The position numbers and the translations under genes were made by a program. The notes under the pieces were generated by a model, which saw nothing but the letters and a program-made list of their open reading frames with translations, had not been told where the DNA came from and did no database searches. Positions 54,601 through 64,000 of a DNA stretch of 64,000 bases are shown one piece after another. Every line of letters starts with the position of its first letter. The first letter of the stretch is position 1. Origin of the DNA: Klebsormidium nitens (Eukaryota; Plantae; Klebsormidiophyceae); the NCBI GenBank assembly GCA_000708835.1, contig DF237226.1, forward strand, positions 1 through 64,000. Direction: 5' to 3'.

Positions 54601-57600
54601 TTACGTTAACGGGGGACTTGACCGCCCCCCGGGCAAACTGCACGGTGAAGCGGAGGCCGCCTCCCCAGAGCTGGTTGCTGTTTGCGTCCATTGCCGTGAA
54701 GACGACCGAAGCCGGTACGCCCGCCGTCATGGCCGGAAGAGCGGAAACCTGGATGTTGGCCGGACTGACCAGACCCGGAACGGTGGTCAGCGGAACCCGG
54801 CTGACGACCGTGTCCGTGCCGGAAGCTGACGTCAGCGCGACGGTCAGGAAGCTCTTCTGGTTGGTCGCGAGCAGGCACGGGTAGCTGAAGCTGTACCGCC
54901 CGGGGCTGGCCGGCGTCATCTGGCCGGAAACGGAGTCCGTTCCGGTGACGCTGACGGAGAAGGCGTCGCTGGTGGATGTCGCCGCGTTTGAGAGGGCGTC
55001 GTAGGCGGTGAGGGAGACGACACGTGTCCCCCCGGCGGTGCAGTTGGCGGTGGAAGCGGTGGAGAGGCGCGACGCGGCCGCGGAGGTCGCGCCTGGGAGG
55101 ACCACGACGGAGTAGGGGCCGCCGCCAAGAGGAGCGTTGGAGCGAACAATGGTCACCTGGTCCCAGAGAGCAAAGATTTTGCTTCAGAACCAAACAAATG
55201 GATTGGTATGAAACATAATCAAATGAAGGATTAATTTCTCTAAAAAGGGGTCGAGACCGTCATTTTGGAGATGCTTCTGCTTCAGTGCGCACCGAGCTGC
55301 CTGATCGGGGGAGTTGAAAAGTTGAAGGTCTTCCTGTACGAAGTGCCTGGTACCAAATTTATAGGCTGCCAAAGTGCATCAACCAGAATTCCGACACATA
55401 GCCCGAATCCAACAGCTTGTTTGACAACCACTGGCGCTTTCTTCCGCGCCTGTCAAGGCAGGCAAGCCTCGGATATCCGCCAAAGATATGAAAAGGCAAC
55501 GTTTTAGAACAACACTTTGGTTACGGAGCTTCCAGTCTCCAACTTGAGCGGCCCCATTTGTCTTGCAGGGCATCAGAAATGTCCAGACATCCTGTTTTCC
55601 TTCGAAAAGCAAAGTCTGCACGTTTGGACTCACCGTGTAATTTCCGGCCTGTTTGGGCGTGTAGTTCACTTCGTAATGGTCAGTCACAAAGCTTTGCGAG
55701 TCGATCGGCAAAGTCGTCCCGCGTCTGCCGTTGACAACTAGGTAGAGCTGCACCCCGAAGACAAGGTTGTCGTCTGACGCCGTGTTGAGGAAGCTGTCGC
55801 GCGCGTAGATTGAGAACGTGGCCTGCGCGCCCGCGGAAAGGGCCTGGGGCGAGGATACCGTTCCGATTCCGGTGCCGGTAGCGTAGCAAGCGGCAGTTTG
55901 GACGGCGCCTGGAAAGAACGCAGGGATCAGATCAGAGACAGCAGAGGTTTGATTTAAGGTGGCGCAACTTCAATAGAATCCGGTGTTGAGATGTTACCAG
56001 AATCAGACCCGTCCTCGCTTGCTTGTCTCGGTTCATTCGGTCCGCATCACACAAATTGAGAGCGAGAACAATAGCCAACTGGACATTACTCTGGTTGCTA
56101 ACGTCACGAGTGTGTGTGTGCAACCTGCGTCTGGTTCTTTCGCTGTCAGGTTCAGCAGTGTAGAACCAAAAACGTTCTTGAGAGTCAGTCACATCCAACC
56201 GTTGAAGAAAATCTCTGCCGAAACCTAAAACCCCAAAATCCTAAACATCCGTGCCGCTCACTCGCTCCTCCGCTCCTCTGCGGCAAACTTCAGCTTACCC
56301 GGAGTTGAAACCCTCAGCACCATAACAATTCCACTGAATTCTGTGCACTCATATTCCTGCCGTCCTTTTTGACGTATAGAAGCTGAAAAGCGCAACCGCT
56401 TACCGGACTTGACGGAGAGTCCATTGAAGCGCTGTGCCGTGTTCATCACAATGACGTCCAAGTAACTATCTCCGCCGGCAATTGCAGTGTAGGTTGCCAG
56501 ATAGAGAGATGTGCCGCCCGCCCCGGAGGAAAGGGCCATTGTGGCGTTCACAGTCATGCTGGAGTTCTGGGCGGAAGTGACGATCGCGGTCGGTGGGTTA
56601 GCCCGGAGGTCGGCAGCGCTAACCGGGTTGCCACCTAAGCCAAGCACAGAGAAGGAAAGTGGGTCAGAAGAGGTAATCCGGGATGCCACCTGTGCCAAGA
56701 ACAGATAAGGAAGGTGGGTTAGCCCGGAGGTCGGAAGCTAACCGATTTGCTACTCATGCCAAGCACAGAAAAGGAAGTTGGGTTAGTCCGAAAGTCGGAA
56801 GCCTTGAACGGTTTGCCAGCTGTGTCAAGGACAGAAAGTGAATGCTCTAGGAACGTGAAGGGACCGCCCACTTCTTTCCTTCATGACAATGCAAGGGATA
56901 AGGCTTTGTGGACTCTTGAACTGCGAAGCTGAGACAGGGATGCGACACTTCGAACTTTGTTCTTCGCCGTAATCTCCATACCGCGCAGCCAAGCTCTTCT
57001 GAGAGTCAATCGCTTTCTTCTCTGTTTGTAGACCTGAGAAAGCACTGTTGGATCGGCCTTTGCAGGTGCAGAATTGTATTTGCACCAGCTTGGCACAGAA
57101 AGAAGAGCGAACTGATACTTGAAAAACAAAAAGTACATGGAAAAGAGAACTACTTTTGTAGACACGAGGTAAAAGTACGCCGAAGCGCTCACCCGCATCC
57201 CTGAGGATGATCTGGAAGGTCGACTTGACGCCAGCCTGCGCTGACGTCACCCCCTGTCCCCGGAGCTCCGTCTGCATTGGGTCCGGCAGTCCGGTGGCCA
57301 CGCTGAAGGTGATGATGTTGGATGATCCCCCTACCACCGCCGCGCCGATCTCCGGGTGCTGGGGGTTTGAATACAAGACCTGGCACTTGTAACTCCCTGC
57401 CATGAACGGATTGTACCCGGCCGAAAAGACGGTGGTCCCGTTTGCCAAGATGGAAATGGGGTTTAGGGTCTCTGTGCTGAGGTCGGGGAGGGTTATGATA
57501 ACCGAGAACGAGTCCGCACCGGAAACCAGGTAGTCTTGCGCGTTCTTGTACTTGTCGCGCGGAGCAATCTGGACGGTGAGCGGGTTAGGGACGCGCCGAA

Positions 57601-60600
57601 CGGGGTTTTGGGGGAAGATGACTACGCTGGTGCCCATGACGTCAGTCACTGCCGACGCAACCGTCATCGCGAAGCCGGCCGGATATGTGGTCAGCACCTT
57701 GCCGTTAACCGACACGTTTATTGTGAACATACCACTGACGGTGGGCGTGAAGCTGGCGACAAACTGGCCGTTGTTGGCGTCGACGAAATTGAGGCTGAGC
57801 CCCGCTGACGTCACGCCGCCGGCTGACGTCACGCTGGCCGCCACCGTGGAGCTCTTCCCGTTCGACAGCGGCAGGCCGTTGGCGTCGATCAGGGTGAGCG
57901 TCAGCTTCGCCGCCTGCCCGGCGACAATGACGGAATTGATGCCGTCTCCGGTGACGGTCGTCTGGCCGGCGTCAGCCGCCCCCACGGCGGGGCGAACGTT
58001 GAGCGTCTGGGGCCCCACTGAAATGGCCTGGCCGTCGAAAGTGACGGTAATCTGCTGCGTTCCGGATGCGGATGCCGTGTAAGACACCACGCACTGAGCG
58101 GGGTTGTTCGCGTCCGGCTGCGGGCTTTGCGCGGTGATCGTCTGCGCGCCGGAAAAGGTCACCACAAACTTCGAGCACATCGCGGCCGCGGCCGCGCCCG
58201 CGGCCAGGACCGGGTTGTTGTTCGCGTCCTGGGGTGTAAGATAGATAAGCGCGGAGGTGCACCCGGTTCCGGTAAGACACGCCAGGGCGCCCTTCAGGCC
58301 GGAACCGGAAGCCAGGCAGTTGCTCGGGGAAGCAATCCCCGGGGTTACGAGCCCGGCGTAAGGGCTCCCCTGGAGGGCCGGACCGTCCGAAAAGCTGAGC
58401 GCGGTGATAAGCGTCCCGGCTTTGAGGGGCGTGTACGGAAGAATGATCTGCCCGGCACTTCCTACCGAGGGGCTTCCAACCGTCACCGCCTCCGCCCCCG
58501 AGAGAGTGACGAAGCTGCTGGAGCTTCCCACGCGCACCTGGAAGCTGGCGGTTAGCCTGCTAACCAGGCTGGTTAAGTCGTCCTGGGTCGGGTTACCGAA
58601 CTGGTCGCGTGCCTGGATGACGAGCTGCGTCGCCACGCCAGCTACTGTAGAGGCCGTTCCTATTCCGTTTCCGCTGGCGGAGAAGGCGGAGAGCTTCTTG
58701 GCGCCGGCCGGAACCTGGAAGTTTTGGAGCGTGGCGGAAGTGCCCGGGCTGCCCTTGACCGGGACACCGTTCACCCGGATCGTGACGTTATACGCGCCGG
58801 CCTGGGTGGTGGTTAGCGTTAACCCGTAGGTTCCGTCGTAGTTGTTAGCGACGGAGAACCCGGTTGAAAGGAGCCCGGCGCTCGGGGCGGTCTCCAACAG
58901 CCGGCGCATGACGCTGCCCTGCCCCTGCCCGCCGCCCAGCTGCGCGTTGGTGACGGCAGCACCGCTGACGTTGTAGTACGAACCGGGGACGTAAGCGCCC
59001 AGGTTGCCAAAGGCGTCCTTGGTGGTCAGCAGGAAGGATGACGTCAGCCCGGCGGCGCTCTCGGTGGTGCTGACGAGAGTGACGGTGGATGACGCGGCAT
59101 CTACCGAGGCGGGGGCGACTGCAATTTTGAAGGGGCTCCCGGCGATCGGCGCTGGTCCTCCGTCTCCGGTGTTGAGCGTGACGGCCAGGGAGTAAGCGAC
59201 CGGGGTAGGCAATCCGCTATCAGAGGAGGCCGCGGACTTGGTCGCCGAGAAGGAGATGACGTAAGATCCTGGAAGAAGCGGGTGGAGGAGGTTACAGAAA
59301 GAACGGAGAAGAACGAGTTGAGGAAAATGATGAAGAAGGAAGGAGTTCATTTCCACCCTGGTTTGTACTCACAACTCTCGAAGCTGGACGGCGCAGTTTC
59401 TGAAGGAAAATCTGATTCGGTGCTTGTTGTGCAAGGCCCGAAGACCTTCAAGAAAGTTCTTTCGTTTCTGCACAGTTCGATACTCCGGGGCAACAGACCT
59501 TGCTGCTCCTTAAAAGTGATTCATTTGTCTTGGTCAAAGGTGCATAAAGCAACTCAAATTTCTGCAACCATCAAAGGTTGCGAACTTTTGAACAATCGAG
59601 AATTGAGTTTTCACCACTGGACGCTTTTAACAGAAGGTCTCAGCAAGACTAAAACGCATAAACAGATCGACAGGGAGATCTGAATGAGCGTTCCCCAGTC
59701 CCATAACGGGTCACTTCCTCTGCACAAATCTCCCAGAACTATAAGGTAGCAGGAAGGACGCACACAAAGAAAGGCTCTACTCTTGAACAGCTCTGCCTCA
59801 GCGCACATGGAGCTCTTCGACTTTTCATATTCCTCACCGTTCGTGTTGACAAGGCTGTAGGTTGCTCCCGTCGTCTTCCCATCCATCGCAGTCGGAGGAT
59901 CGAACGTGACGGTAAACGTGTCGTCCGTCTTCGTCTGCAGCTTCCCATAGATGTCATACGTCGTCACGATCAGCTTCGTCGTCTGCCCCGCCACGATCGT
60001 TGTCTGCGCGCCGGCCGCGAGCGCGCCCGACGCGCCCGCGAGCCGCGCCGTCGTCTTCGCGGCGCTGGAAAGCGCTGCGCTGATCGTAACCGCGAAGGGC
60101 GCGCCAGACCCGATGACGGCCGTGCCGACGTATATGTATACCTTATGGGGTCCAGACACGACCGCCGTATAAGTCGCCGTCAGCGTCCCGTCGTTGTTGT
60201 TAACCACGGTCCCGGGGAACCGGGAGTTAGTCGCCGTGGTGACCACCTGGACTGAGACCGCGCCGGGGTTAAGGACCGGGTTACCGTAGGCGTCCTTGCA
60301 CGCGATGGTGAAGCTGGTCGGGACGCCGGCCTGGCCCCCGGTGGAAACCGCCGGGCCGGAGGCGCTGGACCGGGCGGCGCTCGGCGCGCCCGCGTTAACC
60401 AGAATTTGCTGCGGCTGGCCGATCGGTACAGAGACCCCGGGGAAGGCAGTCTGGTTGGCGGTCACGGTTAAGGTATACGTGCCCGCGGTTTGGAGTAACC
60501 CGATCGCGCTGTAGATGCGCTGCACGCCCTGGTAGCGCGCGCACGGGACGTCGAGAGTCGCGCCCCCGGAAGCAGTGAACGTGCCCTGGCAGGAGGCCCC

Positions 60601-63486
60601 GGTGTCCATCGGAACGTAGTTGCTGAAACTGTCGTAGAGGAAGACTTGGATCTCCTGGGCCTGACCGGCGGTCCAAAGGTTCGGGGTTTTGAGTGGCGCC
60701 GAGAAGGCGCCCGTCAGGAAACTAGAGGTGGCGCTCGCGAGGCCGGGGGTCACGGTAACAGTTGACGCCCCGGTCGCAATGGGCTGCCCGGCGAGGAGCA
60801 CCGACAGCTGGTAACTGCTCGCGGTATTAAGCGTTACCGAGGCCTGGTAGCTTTGGTTGACGAAAGCGACCGGGTAATCCCTGATCGCTCCCCCGGTCGG
60901 CATCACCCGCACCGAAAACGCGTCCGAAGCGGCGGGGTAGTTGTCGCCGTACGCAACCGGGTTGCTGTACGCGTCCGTCGGAACTATAACCGCCTGGACG
61001 CTCTGCCCGGCGGTGATCGCCGCGGGCGCGAACTTCGCCGCGAGGGTGGTCATGCCCGCTGCGGTGGGGCCCGGGAGGATGACGAGCGGCTGACGAGTCA
61101 GTGACGTCAGCGGCGTATCGCCCATGGAGACCGTCATCACGTACGAGCCCGCTTTGGTGTAAGAGTAGGAGACGGTATACGTGCCGTCTTTGTTGTCAAT
61201 TACGCTGGTCGTGAAGGCGCCCTGCGCGGCGCCCGCGGCGGGTGGCCACACTTTCATTTGGAAAGTCGCCCCCCCTTGGAACAGCCGGATGGCGTTTGAG
61301 TCCACGGCGGTGATGACGAACGTGGCGGTCGTCCCTGCGACTGCGCCGGCCAGGCCGACGCCGGAAGCTGACGTCTTGGTGACGTCAATCTTGCGGGTGG
61401 TGGTGGCGCTGAGGATGGAGAGCGTGACGGGGCTGCTGACGTTGGTCTGCGTCCCCACGTTCTGGCCGCCGAGCATGACTTGCATCTTGTACGTGCCCGC
61501 GTTCGCGAAGTTGTAGTTGACGCGGTACGTACCGTCGCCGTTGTCGCTGACGTAAGCGGAGCAGTTGGCGGGCGTGCAGGACGGGTCGAGCGCGCGCGCG
61601 TAGAAGGAGTCGCCACCGGTGGACTTGGCGTTGCCCAGCGAGTCGCTGATAAGATGAAGACATCAGAAGCTTCATTATTTGCTTCGTGGTCAGATTTCTG
61701 TGAAACAAGCAGGCTTGCGTTTTGGAAAGTTAAGAAAGCTTGTGGCTCAGCTTAACAGATCCGCATGATACTTACTATTTGAGACCACCTGTTCAAGCTC
61801 GCCCAATGAGATCGAAGCACTCTTTAACCATGCTGAAATTGTTGAGTATTTCTAACAAGTACGCGTAAGAACGGCTTCTTGAGAGCCAGCCAATGACGAG
61901 AATGGAGGATAGGAGTTTTCGTCACTCAGTGGAACTAGATTTCAAAGAATGATCTTTCATCCATCATGTCAAGGCTAGCCCGGAGAAAAGCCCAAAATTG
62001 TTCTGGTTGGTGCCTCAGTGCTGCACGCACAGAAGTAGTCTTGAAACCAACATGAGTCTCATCAACATAGAAATTCAAACACGGCTAAACGAAGATCAAT
62101 CTGCCAACAGAAACTGTGCAGATTTCAAATCAAAGCAGCTCACAAATAACGGAACACACCTCTTCTTGTGCTTATAGCGCTCTCAAGATTCCGAGATGGT
62201 CGTCAAATTCGGATGCATTAGGCAGAGAAGCACTTACACAGCGGTAACAGTGAAGCTGCTGCCTACGGCCGCGATGCTCCCCGCCAGCCCAGTTCCTCCC
62301 AACCGACACAGCGCCGCACTAGTTGGGCCGCTCGCAATCGTCCCCAGGAAAGGACCAGCAGCTTTGCCGTTAACCAGGATGGCTGTCGACAGAAGTCCGG
62401 GCGTGGCCGCGGTGTAAGTGATGACGTACTGGCTCGTATTCCCGTCAAAAGTGGGGCCTTGGAAGGGAACGGTTGCGACGCTTTTCGTCAGAGTGCCGCT
62501 CGTGACCGTCATGCTGACGGCCAGCGCGTCAGCCGTGGCGTTGCCGCTCGTGCGAAGGTTGTTGTACCTGCACAGAAATAGCGACCGGCTTCTGCTGGGG
62601 GAATGTCAAAAGCCTAGACAGGATTGGAATATCCGAGTGGAACGGATTGGACGTCAGCAGTTCTCGCGCTGAAGTTTTATCCGCTCATTGCGGAGGAAAA
62701 AATGGAAGTACATTTCAGGTCCGAGTTTTACAGGGTCGACGAACAAAGATTGAATGCGGCGCTAAGAAGATGCTTGTAAGGCCATAAGAGACCAAAGCTT
62801 GACGAAATATTCCTTCAAAGTCCAGGGAACGACACAAAAACGACAGGCACGGGCAGATCAACAGGCTTGAAGCGGGCTTTCAAAGCTTCCTCGTGACGTT
62901 TTCCTAGCCTCCTCACAACCGTGCCAGCTTTTTACGTCCGCTGAATGATCGAATCCACCGAAAAGGTTTGCTGCTCAGAGTGTCTGTAGTGTCTGTAGCC
63001 TCTTGACAATCTCATTCGGAAGTTCTCTAAAAGGAGAAGTCATCACATGAAGAAAGCTCTCTGACGGGGCCAGACGCCAGAACAGTTCGCGGCCTTCAAC
63101 GAGCGAGCGCACACAAGTCACCTCGAAAAACAAAGATCCTCAAAACTTACGCGTCGAAGACCTTGATGAAGAAGCTGCCCGGCACTCCCACGGTCCCAAA
63201 GTACATGCTCTCGCCCGACGCGGTTGCAAAGATAGGCGCGCCCGCCTGCACTTGCAGGCTGTTGACGTTGCCCGTGTCTTTGGACGCCACGTAGACGTGG
63301 ATGTCGTAACGGCCAGCCTTGGTTAGGGAGTAACCGAAGGTATAAAACCCGTTTCCATAGGAACCGGTTATGTAGAGGTTGGTTGAGCCGAACGAGAAGG
63401 AAGTTCCGTCGGACAGGGTGAGGCGCGTGCCGACGAAAAGCGACGCCGGCGGAACGGCGGAGCTGGCGGGATTGCCAAAACCGTCC
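42627..63486 (-). CDS. Giant single-pass membrane protein, 3' part (at least 4127 aa; start beyond the window): filamin-type Ig repeats, REJ/PKD-like region, helical region, three GAIN/GPS-like repeats, TM helix and short tail
   Basis: 17 exons: 63486-63151, 62567-62238, 61645-59838, 59268-57193, 56634-56404, 55908-55634, 55156-53016, 52570-52363, 51526-51229, 50526-50012, 49680-49189, 48673-48329, 47799-47380, 46951-46698, 46245-45884, 45469-44813 and 44263-42627. Total 12385 nt; all 16 internal introns are GT-AG with matching phases and no internal stop. Confidence 0.93.
42705..42790 (-). other. C-terminal transmembrane helix with GxxxG motifs, followed by the RRK stop-transfer and a 26-aa tail
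   Basis: VAVGLGVGLGVGGALVLAAIGAFVIA-RRKQAAARGEGGATFSLADQQGSGNQ*, preceded by a Pro/Thr stalk (PPTPTPTTAPKTPPAGTPAPGTPAPGTP). Confidence 0.9.
46698..50526 (-). other. REJ/PKD-like region (domain of the giant gene)
   Basis: VTLDAGQSTGGGGRPLRFSY, VSGGDRL...LTLLAVSKDPDN...FQYTWTC, ITIAPNTL and AVNWVKSADAP...LQYQFRY resemble REJ-module motifs of polycystin-1/REJ proteins, from recalled consensus. Confidence 0.7.
51229..63486 (-). other. Array of 23 filamin/ABP280-type Ig-like repeats (domain of the giant gene)
   Basis: Recurring S..G.G...AG....F.I...D..GN....GG..F.V......DN.DGTY...Y....G.Y...V...G....GSPF pattern. I counted 23 D-x-x-G/S-N-type hallmarks by eye. Confidence 0.9.
56590..56835 (-). 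repeat. Three degenerate intronic copies of the 3' splice site and exon start of giant-gene exon 56634-56404
   Basis: True site: TGTGCTTGGCTTAG|GTGGCAACCCGGTTAGCGCTGCCGACCTCCGGGCTAACCCAC. Copies: CTTGGCACAG|GTGGCATCCCGGATTAC (about 56690), TGTGCTTGGCATGAG|TAGCAAATCGGTTAGCTTCCGACCTCCGGGCTAACCCAC (about 56752) and CTTGACACAG|CTGGCAAACCGTT...CCGACTTTCGGACTAACCCAAC (about 56820). Confidence 0.88.
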
Positions 63487-64000
63487 CTGGGAAAGAAAGT
63501 GGAGTTGTGAGTTTATCGGCGCAGAAAATTCGAAGTTAGTTTTTGAAAATGGTTCCTGGGATAGAGGAGCGAAGTTCTGAGACTCAATGCTTCTTCACTG
63601 AAGATCCGACTCCTTTCAAGATAAAGACGGAAATTGTGTGGAGCACTGTAGCGAAGGCATACACCAAATTTCTCGAATGGCGACAGTCCAATAAAAAGAG
63701 AGCGGGACAGGCCATCTCGCCTTTAAAAGCCAACTGGCAGTAAGATCAAGAAGCTAGTTCCTTCAGCAGACAGACCGAAAGTCTCTGGAAATGTCTCTTC
63801 TTCTTAACATCACAATCTGGCAGCAACACATTTATTGGGAAGCCACAATACTTCATTCATAGATAATTGGCCTGATTATCAGAAGGCTCTATCTGAAAGT
63901 CTCATCAGACCAGAAACGCGAACCCAACAAGACACTCAGACGGCTGCCAGAATGGATCAATAGTTGGGCAAGTCGGAACCTACTTGAGCTGAACCCGGAA

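Noticed and set aside
56635-56698. Acceptor at 56690 suggested by ORF 56258-56698
   Set aside because: Its phase is incompatible with donor 57193, giving a stop after 8 codons. The acceptor at 56635 restores the filamin motif.
51229-63486. Calling the giant gene filamin, GEX2 or FUS1
   Set aside because: It shares only the repeat type. The REJ/GAIN-like region, the size and the C-terminal TM differ from cytoplasmic filamin, and orthology to GEX2 or FUS1 cannot be shown without a phylogeny.

Overview
Eukaryotic, intron-rich nuclear DNA with GT-AG introns. By style it resembles a streptophyte green alga such as Klebsormidium, but that is inference only. I saw no rRNA, tRNA, CRISPR array or intact transposon. 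Gene models spliced by hand with consistent intron phases: a 282-aa organelle-type PPR gene (+, 5086-9331), an atypical 246-aa SDR (-, 10606-13500) and a 477-aa secreted protein with two repeat domains and a Cys-rich tail (-, 15551-19862). Partly resolved models: a TPR/ARM-like MYND-finger gene with a GC-AG intron (-, 21875 to about 25863), a divergent PP4R3/SMEK-like gene (+, 29001-33531) and a degenerate paralog of the MYND gene (-, 35074-38806). The last third of the window is the 3' part of one giant minus-strand gene: 17 exons and at least 4127 aa inside the window, with the start beyond 64000. Its architecture is 23 filamin-type Ig repeats, a REJ/PKD-like region, a helical region, three GAIN/GPS-like repeats, one TM helix and a 26-aa tail. 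This looks like a composite of a FUS1/GEX2-type adhesin and a polycystin-1-type ectodomain, and it is the strongest candidate for an undescribed system. The second notable signal is that two unrelated genes each carry an intronic tandem array of degenerate copies of their own 3' splice site plus exon start.
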